64,000 nt of DNA from the IMG/VR virus record IMGVR_UViG_3300010413_000014, positions 1 through 64,000 of that record; one strand, given 5' to 3'. The position numbers were made by a program, and so were the translations under genes. This DNA comes from a virus. Below the pieces are notes generated by a model, which made no database searches, had not been told where the DNA came from, and was given only the letters and a program-made list of their open reading frames with translations. This document shows positions 39,040-47,462 of the stretch, in pieces (within the stretch, counting starts at the first letter, position 1; each line of letters opens with the position of its first letter).

Positions 39040-39605
39040 TCTTCATGAAGAGTTTGATGTCTTTTGTAATCTGCAAGTCGGTCAGCAATCACATTCCCTT
39101 TGATAATAGGATCATTCAGCAACTGCTTCTTTTTCTCAGGATCTTTCTCTTTATCGAATTGGTGACCCTTAATATGCTTCATGATGAGGTGGAGTTGGGA
39201 TCGGATTCCTAATGCAGATAAAACTTTCTTCCAAAGATCCTGATTTTTAACAGCGCCTGAAGTATTAGTCCAACCATCAAGCTGCCATCGCATCAATCGA
39301 TCATCAGTGAAGGCTTTAACTACATACTCTGAATCTGAATAAACAGTTAATTTGATACCTTCTTCTGCTTCACAATACTTATCATCAGGAATCGCTAAGA
39401 TCGCATAAAGTAAGGCAGTAATCTCCATCCGACCAGTTTTCGTTAATCGATAACCTTTTGAGAATGCCTTAGCTTCTTCGTTATTTTGAGGAGGGAAGTA
39501 AGTTCCAAATCCACCTCTACCAGCATTTTTTCCACGAACTACAGCACTTCCGTCAGTAAATGCTGTAATGTGTATATAGTTTTCAAAATTTCTCGGTTTG
39601 ATCAT
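39021..39605 (-). CDS. rnhA: Ribonuclease HI
   Basis: FTDGS, RMEITA, SDSEYV, VKNQDLW, HIKGH, GN.IADRLA. Confidence 0.92.
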   Translation of the reverse strand: MIKPRNFENYIHITAFTDGSAVVRGKNAGRGGFGTYFPPQNNEEAKAFSKGYRLTKTGRMEITALLYAILAIPDDKYCEAEEGIKLTVYSDSEYVVKAFTDDRLMRWQLDGWTNTSGAVKNQDLWKKVLSALGIRSQLHLIMKHIKGHQFDKEKDPEKKKQLLNDPIIKGNVIADRLADYKRHQTLHEDLDSLN

Positions 39606-40117
39606 GACTTTACTCCAAATACATTCACATAAAAATTGATCATTCGTCCTCTGAATTCAGCTTGCAGTAAACCTGCTTCTACTAACTTTTCAGCAAGCTC
39701 TCGAGCAGCTATTCCTCTTAGATAATTAGAGGTAATATTAAGTGAGGCAAATGATTCTGGAGATGTCATTTGCTCTAATCTCTCTCCAAAGAGATGAGTT
39801 GGTTCGAATTGCATACCTCTCAGTTCTGGAGCATCTCTTATAAGATCCATTCCTCGAACAGGAAAAGTGATCACATCAAGTTTCTCATTGACAGCAATAC
39901 CTTTGATATCTCTCATTAAAGCTTCCTGATTCATGAACTCAATCTTCTCTTGAAATTCGTTACGGAGTTTAGATTCAATCTCATCCTGCGCAGCTTTAAC
40001 CTGCTTCGCAGTATGATCTTGAATAGCTTGATTAAGAGCTCTTCTCGTAGCTTTAGGCACAAATATCCACGCGATCAGATTTGCCCAATAACCTTTAAAT
40101 TCGATAGTTTTAGTCAT
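39602..40117 (-). CDS. Hypothetical protein
   Basis: ORF behind a promoter, ATGA-coupled to rnhA. Confidence 0.65.
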   Translation of the reverse strand: MTKTIEFKGYWANLIAWIFVPKATRRALNQAIQDHTAKQVKAAQDEIESKLRNEFQEKIEFMNQEALMRDIKGIAVNEKLDVITFPVRGMDLIRDAPELRGMQFEPTHLFGERLEQMTSPESFASLNITSNYLRGIAARELAEKLVEAGLLQAEFRGRMINFYVNVFGVKS

Positions 40118-40149
40118 TGTATTTGTCTTGATATATTAGTTTAATTGTT

Positions 40150-40182
40150 ATAAAGATACGTTGAACCGATATACTCAGCAAC
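40150..40182 (-). promoter_or_regulatory. Host-type promoter
   Basis: GTTG-N20-TATCTTTAT. Confidence 0.7.
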
Positions 40183-40201
40183 AATAAAAGATGATTTTAT
40201 C

Positions 40202-40257
40202 ATCAAATCGTTGTCTATCTTTATCGGAATGGTGATCTTTCTGGGTTAAAGTGACTA
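40202..40257 (+). repeat. Copy 1 of the promoter-like palindromic element; left arm of a 56-bp inverted repeat with 42233-42288
   Basis: 47/56 ungapped identity to the reverse complement of 42233-42288. Confidence 0.85.
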
Positions 40258-40287
40258 TAAATGATCTAAAAATTTTTTTCGATATCT

Positions 40288-40328
40288 ATTGCATAATAAT
40301 ATCGGAATGGTGACCTTTCTGGGTTCGA
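40288..40328 (+). repeat. Copy 2 of the promoter-like palindromic element
   Basis: ATTG-N20-GACCTTTCT with CGGAATGGTGACCTTTCTGGGTT core. Confidence 0.8.
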
Positions 40329-40384
40329 TCAACCATTCCGCAAGAGAACAAGAGAGGAGGAGATCTTCTTCTCCTCCTTATTTA

Positions 40385-40719
40385 CTACCAATTAATTCCA
40401 TCTATATGAAGGAGTTTTAAGAGAGCTTCTTCTTTAGTGAAAGCTAAAACAACAGATTTTTCACAATCTGAAGACATAGTAGGTCTTTCGCAAGAAACAT
40501 CCAACATAGCATGGATTATTGCTTCATTATCCTCTAATCCCCAGAAAAATCAGCCAATCGAGGATTTTTTTCAGAGATTTCTTCCATCTCTTCTTCATCA
40601 CCTCTCGTAAAGATAGCAACGAATTCTAGAAATTCCATACGATTTGTTCGTCCTAAATAAGTGTGCACCTCACCTCTTCCAGCGATTTGCTCAACAATGT
40701 AAATTACTTGATTTTTCAT
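40385..40719 (-). pseudogene. Small gene with probable -1 frameshift near 40545
   Basis: ORF 40534-40719 continues in the -1 frame (WGLEDNEAII...INW*) up to the terminator. Confidence 0.4.
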
Positions 40720-40746
40720 GTTCTTGTTTGTTTGAATTAATAATAC

Positions 40747-40779
40747 CTAAATATCATCACTATATTTCAATCTAACAAC
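40747..40779 (-). promoter_or_regulatory. Host-type promoter (variant)
   Basis: GTTG-N20-GATATTTAG. Confidence 0.6.
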
Positions 40780-40804
40780 AAAAGAGGGAAAATCCCCCCT
40801 TTTT

Positions 40805-41029
40805 TTAACCTTTTGGTTTTTCTCTCTGAATCTCCACCATCATCATAGTGATTGGAATCTCGTCAGCCTCAGTAATGATTTCAAAATTAAAGGAGTATTC
40901 ATCAGGCTGATCACTATATCCACCCATACCAATCACTGAGCAAATAGGTTTAGCTAAATTTTCCTCGCTCATTTCGCTCAATTGAGCAAGTACTTTTTCC
41001 AACTCTTGTTTAAAATCGTTTCCTGTCAT
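40805..41029 (-). CDS. Small acidic hypothetical protein
   Basis: Single-gene cassette between promoter and terminator. Confidence 0.65.
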   Translation of the reverse strand: MTGNDFKQELEKVLAQLSEMSEENLAKPICSVIGMGGYSDQPDEYSFNFEIITEADEIPITMMMVEIQREKPKG

Positions 41030-41057
41030 GTTTTTGCTTGTTTTAAATTAAACATAT

Positions 41058-41090
41058 CTAAAGGTCGACTTTTCTATCGAAGATAGCAAC
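41058..41090 (-). promoter_or_regulatory. Host-type promoter (variant)
   Basis: GTTG-N20-GACCTTTAG. Confidence 0.6.
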
Positions 41091-41127
41091 AAAAGAGGGG
41101 AAAAACTTCATTTTCCCCTCTATTTTA

Positions 41128-41325
41128 TTAATTATATAATTCTTCACCTGACACATTGATCACCACATCTTCACCCTCAACAATATCTTCACTCTGTTGG
41201 ATTGAAAAATCATAGGAACAACTTCCAGAACCACCTCTTCCACGTTCGATGTAGAATTCGATTCTCACCTTCTTGTCTTGATCAAGCTTTGAAAGCTCTT
41301 CGATCATTTGTCTAACTGTCATCAT
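41128..41325 (-). CDS. Small acidic hypothetical protein (MTVxELIExL type)
   Basis: Single-gene cassette. Confidence 0.65.
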   Translation of the reverse strand: MMTVRQMIEELSKLDQDKKVRIEFYIERGRGGSGSCSYDFSIQQSEDIVEGEDVVINVSGEELYN

Positions 41326-41347
41326 ATCTCTGTGTTTTAATTACATT

Positions 41348-41380
41348 ATAAAGATCACCACAGTAGACCAATAAAACAAT
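41348..41380 (-). promoter_or_regulatory. Host-type promoter (variant)
   Basis: ATTG-N20-GATCTTTAT. Confidence 0.55.
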
Positions 41381-41455
41381 GAAAAAGGGGATTTTTTCAA
41401 ATCCCCTCTCTTCTTTATTTGATGAAAAGTTTAAAATATTTTTGGACATAGAAAA

Positions 41456-41501
41456 TCCACTCGAACCTGGAAAGGTTACCCTTCCGGATCAAGTGGACAA
41501 C
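41456..41501 (-). repeat. Copy 3 of the promoter-like palindromic element
   Basis: GTTG-N20-AACCTTTCC; long imperfect palindrome TCCAC...GTGGA. Confidence 0.8.
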
Positions 41502-41543
41502 AAAAGAGGAGGAATTTTTGGTCCTCCTCTCTATTTAGATTCA

Positions 41544-42125
41544 TTACATATAGAGATCAATCACTCGTTTCACTTGAGAGTAATATACATTCATCTCCTT
41601 TTGGATTTGACTAGATTTTTGACCTTTCTTTAATCGAGTTAAGATCTCTTCTGTTTTAGATCCAGATTTCGGAGCTTTTTCAGCAGTTTTTTCAATCTTC
41701 TTTTCTTCGCTTTTGTTTTCGTTTTTCTTGGAAGTAACTTTCTTTAATGTGATAACTATATCGATCGAGATATGACCTTTTTCTCCATATTCAATATGAC
41801 TCTCTTTCAAATTGAATCCACGTCTAGCTAAGGCTTCTTTCATCTTAACAACTTCTGGCTTCCATCTTTTTTCAGCAGCTTTCTGCAATCTTTGTACTTG
41901 TGAATGATCCATCCAACCATCACCATCTTCACCACCACCGTGATCTGTTCTTGGACCTCTTTCTCCTGTGTAGATAGATAACTGAATACCTTTTCTAGTA
42001 TTGATTTCGATCTGCTTTTGCTCTTCTCTCTTGCCAGCCCAAGTGCATTCATTTACTGTTTCAATACTTTCTAATCTTGATACTGAACGAAGAATTGATC
42101 TGATTTCTGATAATTGAATTTTCAT
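41544..42125 (-). CDS. Hypothetical protein with C-terminal HTH
   Basis: GSKTEEILTRLKKGQKSSQIQKEMNVYYSQVKRV. Confidence 0.7.
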   Translation of the reverse strand: MKIQLSEIRSILRSVSRLESIETVNECTWAGKREEQKQIEINTRKGIQLSIYTGERGPRTDHGGGEDGDGWMDHSQVQRLQKAAEKRWKPEVVKMKEALARRGFNLKESHIEYGEKGHISIDIVITLKKVTSKKNENKSEEKKIEKTAEKAPKSGSKTEEILTRLKKGQKSSQIQKEMNVYYSQVKRVIDLYM

Positions 42126-42159
42126 AACTCTGTGTTTTTATTTGTTTGTTTTCAATGCT

Positions 42160-42192
42160 CTAAAGATACGACCAGTAGACCAAAGTAGCAAC
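42160..42192 (-). promoter_or_regulatory. Host-type promoter
   Basis: GTTG-N20-TATCTTTAG. Confidence 0.75.
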
Positions 42193-42232
42193 AAAAAAGC
42201 AGAAAACTTTTCAGAATTCTGCTTTTTAAAAT

Positions 42233-42288
42233 TAGTCACTTTAACCTGGAAAGGTCACTATTCCGGTTTAATTAGACAACGATTTGAT
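42233..42288 (-). repeat. Copy 4 of the promoter-like palindromic element; right arm of the inverted repeat
   Basis: GTTG-N20-GACCTTTCC; matches 40202-40257 in inverted orientation. Confidence 0.85.
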
Positions 42289-42293
42289 AAAAA

Positions 42294-42461
42294 TTATTTG
42301 TCACTCAATCGATTTTTCAAATCCTCTAAGCGACGTGATCGTTCGATTGCTCTACCTTGCTTTTCAGCATTCTCCTTAGCATTAGGACCTACATAACAGG
42401 TACCTTCATCGCCCCATTTCCATCCTAATTTTTTGTCCTTTTGGCATCGTTTTAATGGCAT
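42294..42461 (-). CDS. Small basic phage protein (MP..RC...GWKWG..G.CY type)
   Basis: ATG at 42461 immediately after the SNF2 stop. Confidence 0.6.
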   Translation of the reverse strand: MPLKRCQKDKKLGWKWGDEGTCYVGPNAKENAEKQGRAIERSRRLEDLKNRLSDK

Positions 42462-42462
42462 A

Positions 42463-44172
42463 TCAATTCCTATTAGAGTTAACAATTCTCTTTAAAACTG
42501 CTTTAAGTCCACTATCACTCTTCAAGATATCTTTCCCTTTATTGATCGCTTCAGTTATAGCTTCCTTCTCTTGAAGCATCAAATACATATCCCAATCAAT
42601 CGTCTCATCATTCAACATAAATGTTGCTGTCATAGACGACTTTTGTCCAGATCTTTCAATTCGACCAATTGCTTGAGCTAAATCTGAGGGACGCCAGGGT
42701 AATTCGAGAATCAATTCATTTGAACAAACCTCTTGCAATCCATCAACTCCTGTACCAGCCGACTGCATATTTGCAAAAAGAAAGATGTCGTCAGATTCAA
42801 TGAATTCGCGAACTATTTTCTGCTTTTTCTTAGGAGCGACTCCACCAGCAATCAACGGACTTTTGAAGTGTGCTGAAAGCTCTTCTAAGGGAGCAGTATG
42901 AAGTGCAAAGATGAGTAACTTTCCTTTATCCGCTTCCTTCCAATCTTTCAGATACTGCTTGATAGCTTTCATCTTTCCTTCGATTGCTAGAGTTCGCAAA
43001 ACATTCATCATAACCAGATGCTCTGCTTCCATTGCCTTCTCAGCTTTATCATCACCCTTCGTTTGTCTAACGAACTCAATCAGATCATTTGTTGCTGCTT
43101 GGTATGCCTTTTTGTTGGAGATTGGAACCTTAATCACTTGTTTTGTGATCTCAGGCAACTCATCCATCACATCACGTTTTTCTCGACGGATATAACAAGT
43201 TTCTCGAAGCTTTTTGTTGAGTTCAAATATATTCGTCGCTCCACTTGTAACCCATCCAAACTTCCCTTTATATCCACCGCAATAACGCATCACAAATTGC
43301 TTCCAATCGTTAGCTATCAACTTCTCCTTACCAATCAACACTAAGAGATTCCAAAGCTCAATAGGCTTGTTCATGATAGCAGTTCCAGTCAACAGTTGAA
43401 TTCGATCAATCTTCTTGACGATTTTTGCTGCAGCCTTTGCTCTTTGAGATTTCTTTTCCTTCAAAAAATGAGCTTCATCGAAGATGACCATCTTCCAATC
43501 AATATCGGCCAATTCAGAGAAATTCACAGTAGCTCCAGTTCCCTGCTTTTTAGCAATGATATCGTAGTTGATGATGATGATATCAGCTGACCAATCGTTC
43601 TGTTTATTTGACTCTATGACTGAGATTGATCGCTTGTTTTTGGTAATCTCAGCCCACTTTTCTGCCCAGTTATATTTCACTGATCCAGGCTCAATAACTA
43701 AGCATGGAAAAGAATTCGTAACCTCAGCATAAAGTATCGATTCAAAGGTTTTTCCGAGTCCAACATCATCTCCATTAATCAAACACTTTTTCTCAAGAGC
43801 AAAGGCTAATGCTTCAAGTTGATATCTTCGAGGAGTATATGCAAAATCCTTCGAATCACACAAGCCTTTTAAATAAGCATAATCAACCTCTGTTCTTTGA
43901 TAATCGTATTCAACCTCTTTAATCTCAGCTTTAACTTTTTGTTGAAAATTATTAGCTTTAATTAGTTGAATGATCCTCGCTTTACTGTAACTATTAACAG
44001 GAATTATCCACGTTTTTAACTCAGGATTCCATCGTGCATTGTAATCACAGTTCTTGATCTGTTTGATGATATCCTCATCATAATCAAAGAAGAGGTTGAT
44101 TGACTTATTTATCGCATCTACTTCATAGAGCCTCAAGCTACCAGAATTTAATGAAGTTAACAAATCTCTCAC
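42463..44172 (-). CDS. SNF2-family helicase / annealing helicase
   Basis: DDVGLGKT, DEAH, LTGTA, QAIGRIERSGQ. Confidence 0.92.
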   Translation of the reverse strand: MRDLLTSLNSGSLRLYEVDAINKSINLFFDYDEDIIKQIKNCDYNARWNPELKTWIIPVNSYSKARIIQLIKANNFQQKVKAEIKEVEYDYQRTEVDYAYLKGLCDSKDFAYTPRRYQLEALAFALEKKCLINGDDVGLGKTFESILYAEVTNSFPCLVIEPGSVKYNWAEKWAEITKNKRSISVIESNKQNDWSADIIIINYDIIAKKQGTGATVNFSELADIDWKMVIFDEAHFLKEKKSQRAKAAAKIVKKIDRIQLLTGTAIMNKPIELWNLLVLIGKEKLIANDWKQFVMRYCGGYKGKFGWVTSGATNIFELNKKLRETCYIRREKRDVMDELPEITKQVIKVPISNKKAYQAATNDLIEFVRQTKGDDKAEKAMEAEHLVMMNVLRTLAIEGKMKAIKQYLKDWKEADKGKLLIFALHTAPLEELSAHFKSPLIAGGVAPKKKQKIVREFIESDDIFLFANMQSAGTGVDGLQEVCSNELILELPWRPSDLAQAIGRIERSGQKSSMTATFMLNDETIDWDMYLMLQEKEAITEAINKGKDILKSDSGLKAVLKRIVNSNRN

Positions 44173-44416
44173 GCCAAGTAAGAATTCTTACCTCACTTGC
44201 GAAAAAATAAAGAGCTGTATGTTTCTTCTTAGAACTCTTCACAAAGAATCCAGGATGATGCCAAGCTGCTGGATGAATCTCTCCAACTTTAAATGTATCA
44301 TAATCACTCTTGAGAATCTCTATTCTTAATGGATATCGTCTCTTATACCCATACAAACGTTGTTTTGATCGTTTCATATTATTGCTTATTAAATTGATTT
44401 TGAGAAAAATTTGCAA
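44138..44416 (-). CDS. Hypothetical protein
   Basis: ORF track; true start probably MKRSK. Confidence 0.5.
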   Translation of the reverse strand: MQIFLKINLISNNMKRSKQRLYGYKRRYPLRIEILKSDYDTFKVGEIHPAAWHHPGFFVKSSKKKHTALYFFASEVRILTWRERFVNFIKFW

Positions 44417-45071
44417 GATAGACCTCCAATTCTCTTTTGAATTTTAAGGTACGATTAAATCCGCAAGGTTGAGATTCTCCACAAATCCCATTACGATATA
44501 TACACGAGCGCACTAGCATATTGGCTAGTTCTAGATCAATCTCTCCAACCTCATCTTTAATTCTATTAAAAATCTTTCGAGTGTGATCGGAAGCCTTGTG
44601 ACACAATCTCGATTTAGCCATATCTATTAATGATTGTGCATTAATCAAAAGACTGAGATTAGTTGGAGTGTTGCGACCGCCTCTTGTTTCGATTGCATTA
44701 ATCAATTGATCAAGATCATGATGAAGAGCGATTTCATCATCACTATCTTTTTCTATATGCGATAGATCCTTAATCATATCGCGCAACTCTCTCGCTACCT
44801 CTTCAAGGTTTAAGCCGCCTCCATTACGATCAACTCTATGAGTGAGAGCGAAGGGTTGTGATCCTACATGATGTCTCAATAAATGAGTACTTACATAGAG
44901 CGGAATATTGATACATTCAATCCAAAAGAGTTGAGTGCGAGTTGGTGAATGTTCACTTTTATACATAGATAATAGTGATTGATTACTGCGACCAGCAAAT
45001 GTTGATTCACAAGCTTTGAGCATTAATTCTCTAGTTGTAATCTTAGTTACTTTAACTTCTTCTATATTCAT
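44379..45071 (-). CDS. thyX: Flavin-dependent thymidylate synthase (divergent)
   Basis: EHSP, HLLRHHVG..THR (variant of RHRx7SxR), RLC.KA. Confidence 0.75.
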   Translation of the reverse strand: MNIEEVKVTKITTRELMLKACESTFAGRSNQSLLSMYKSEHSPTRTQLFWIECINIPLYVSTHLLRHHVGSQPFALTHRVDRNGGGLNLEEVARELRDMIKDLSHIEKDSDDEIALHHDLDQLINAIETRGGRNTPTNLSLLINAQSLIDMAKSRLCHKASDHTRKIFNRIKDEVGEIDLELANMLVRSCIYRNGICGESQPCGFNRTLKFKRELEVYLANFSQNQFNKQ

Positions 45072-45082
45072 AATCTCTAATT

Positions 45083-45682
45083 TTAGTCTAATCCAAAATA
45101 TAATGCATTACTCAAATCGTTTGTATTTGCATTCTGAAGCTCTTCAATCAAGATTGCTTTAGATTCTTTACAAAGACCGTATCCATATCGAGTATATCGA
45201 TAAGATCGCTCGAATGTTGAAACTGGAAGCACTAAGGGTTTCTCTAGCACTAACTTCTTCAGATGCAAATGCTCAAAGAATAGTGGATGGTATAAACATT
45301 TGTACTCATAACCTCCTTCCTGATTCTCCACTTTGATATATGCGAACTTAGTGATCGAGAAATCAAACTTCTTCAATATCTCTTCAGGTTCTCCGTAAGT
45401 ATTCCGAATCAATTCAACACGAACCTTAGTCTTTGTGTTTAAAAAAGCTTTGGTATTCATATTCTCGTAACTGAATTCGTAGTCATCATGATCCTCATAA
45501 TACTTGACAGCTTCATCAAAATGATCCTCACTCTTGAAGAAGATATCAATATCTTTCATCTTCTCTTGGTTGAAAATATTTTTGAAGCAACCGCCTGCTA
45601 TAAATCCATCATGACCTACCATATAAGTATCTAAGAATCTTATTTGAACGATCTCTAATGGTGACTTTTCAATGAAATCCAT
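45083..45682 (-). CDS. Pol-beta-superfamily nucleotidyltransferase (tRNA NTase/poly(A) polymerase head-like)
   Basis: FIAGGC...KDIDIFF, VELI, FDFSI. Confidence 0.75.
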   Translation of the reverse strand: MDFIEKSPLEIVQIRFLDTYMVGHDGFIAGGCFKNIFNQEKMKDIDIFFKSEDHFDEAVKYYEDHDDYEFSYENMNTKAFLNTKTKVRVELIRNTYGEPEEILKKFDFSITKFAYIKVENQEGGYEYKCLYHPLFFEHLHLKKLVLEKPLVLPVSTFERSYRYTRYGYGLCKESKAILIEELQNANTNDLSNALYFGLD

Positions 45683-45877
45683 TTATATGCTCATAAAATG
45701 ATTAATAATCCATGCAACCTCAATCTCAAATTCTTTCCAGGTAATTGGAGTTATAATAGCACTCCAAATGAGCGCCACGATAGATAAGATCAGAATTAAA
45801 CTGATCCCCATTATAACTGATATTACCCAAGGAACAAGAAACACTGCATACAACTTTATACTTTCGAGCTTTTTCAT
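45683..45877 (-). CDS. Small membrane protein
   Basis: Long hydrophobic segment. Confidence 0.55.
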   Translation of the reverse strand: MKKLESIKLYAVFLVPWVISVIMGISLILILSIVALIWSAIITPITWKEFEIEVAWIINHFMSI

Positions 45878-45902
45878 AGCTAGGTTTGATTTTATGTTAA
45901 TA

Positions 45903-46280
45903 TTAAATTAATTTAAGAGCTTTATATAATCCTTCTTCCAATGCTTCTTCATAAGTATCCCAATGTCCACCTTCATTCGGGCCACTATAATCTGACCAAC
46001 AAATATGAGTTCCTCCACTTATCGTATCTTTTGTATGAGCTTTATTCAACTCCCACATCCACCCAGAAGCATTACAATATACCAGTACTTCAATTTTATA
46101 TATTTCTCGCAATATTTTTTGAAGAAGTGGCTGCTTACATATCCAAGCATAATCATTATCATCAACGCTTCTTATATTAGCCTTATCTATTATTACCCCA
46201 GAACTACTAAACTCTTTTAAACTAATACCTTTCTCTCCAGCTAATCTTGCTGTCTTAAATGAGATTGAAGTCTCTTGCAT
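45903..46280 (-). CDS. Conserved Bacteroidota phage hypothetical protein
   Basis: SFKTARLA.EKG...LQK.LRE...TYEEALEEGL..ALKLI pattern. Confidence 0.65.
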   Translation of the reverse strand: MQETSISFKTARLAGEKGISLKEFSSSGVIIDKANIRSVDDNDYAWICKQPLLQKILREIYKIEVLVYCNASGWMWELNKAHTKDTISGGTHICWSDYSGPNEGGHWDTYEEALEEGLYKALKLI

Positions 46281-46290
46281 AATCTTAATA

Positions 46291-46794
46291 TTAAATCCTG
46301 AAAGTCGGTATCTCAGGAAGATTGTTTAAATTGCTCTTCACCTTACTCCAATAGATCAATGTTGAGAATTTTCGATCACCATAATAGCCTCCATTCCAAC
46401 AACGAGCTGCTTTTTCAAAATTCCACGAAGGATTGATTGCATTCTGATAATCAATAAACATCTGAACAGACCGATCACAATCCCACCGATCCTTCATAGA
46501 GTACTTTTGATATCCAAGTAATCGATTGACCTCTCTAACCATAATAGGTCTAATTTGCAATTGGCCTGCAGCCTCTTCTGAACTATTGTAAGCAATACAA
46601 CTTCCATTACTCTCAACTTGAATTATGGCCTCTATGAGGAGTTATCGTCGTTGTGATTCGATTCTCCAAGCTCGATCCTCAATAACTTTTCTAAGCTGTT
46701 GAATTGATGTGGTCATATTATTAACATGATCATTAACGACAGCTCTTATGGGGATCAATATGACCAATGCAGCCATAAGCATCAACTTCTTCAT
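46291..46794 (-). pseudogene. Lytic transglycosylase (SLT/lysozyme-like) with N-terminal signal, interrupted by an in-frame TAA (46642-46644)
   Basis: MKKLMLMAALVILIP...QRR*LLIEAIIQVESNG...AAGQLQI...AARCWNGG, all in one frame. Confidence 0.75.
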
Positions 46795-46817
46795 CTTTAT
46801 TAGTTTGAATTATGACT

Positions 46818-46850
46818 GTAAAAATACGAAAGGCTTACCAAATTAGCAAG
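46818..46850 (-). promoter_or_regulatory. Host-type promoter (weak match)
   Basis: CTTG-N20-TATTTTTAC. Confidence 0.45.
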
Positions 46851-46879
46851 CCTTTCATCAATTATTTTCAAAAATATTA

Positions 46880-47461
46880 TCAATATCTATAACTTCGCCT
46901 CAGATATTCACAAATCAACAAACTGTCAACCTTATTATCATCAGGAATAGAGCTTCGTTTACTAGTAGGATCTTTTCTTAAATCAATCCCTGGGAATAGT
47001 GACTGCGCTACTTTTAGTGACGTTGCTTTTGCATCATTCACCATAGTTTTTCCTGTTGACGATGGCACTTTTACGATATCATGTCCACGATAAATTGCAG
47101 ATTGCCACTTTTGTGGACGCACCATTACAATCTCAGCATTCAACATAACTGCAACCATCTTCTGCATACCTGCTGTATATCCAAATGAAAAGTTGTTTTG
47201 AGCAGACCACCCCTCTCGACCATGCACATCCTCAATAGCAGCGACAAATTGGCGTCCCTTATATTTAGAATTGATCTTAAATACTAGATCACGCAGTCCA
47301 GATTCTGAGAATTGAGTCTTCATTTTTGGTTTACCGGTCTTCGAGAGCTCTCCAGTTTCAATCTTCTCTTGAGGCATCGGATAAAAGTCCCAATTTCCAT
47401 CATGATAGATTGTTATGAATCCTTTGGATCCAGGATCAATACCCATTAACACTTTATTCAT
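46880..47461 (-). CDS. RuvC-like Holliday junction resolvase
   Basis: GIDPG, IEDV, FSFG, V.PQKWQ, DN.VDSLLI. Confidence 0.85.
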   Translation of the reverse strand: MNKVLMGIDPGSKGFITIYHDGNWDFYPMPQEKIETGELSKTGKPKMKTQFSESGLRDLVFKINSKYKGRQFVAAIEDVHGREGWSAQNNFSFGYTAGMQKMVAVMLNAEIVMVRPQKWQSAIYRGHDIVKVPSSTGKTMVNDAKATSLKVAQSLFPGIDLRKDPTSKRSSIPDDNKVDSLLICEYLRRSYRY

Positions 47462-47462
47462 A

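Noticed and set aside
40202-42288. Insertion sequence or transposon bounded by terminal inverted repeats
   Set aside because: No transposase or recombinase inside or nearby, no evident target-site duplication, and additional internal copies of the motif
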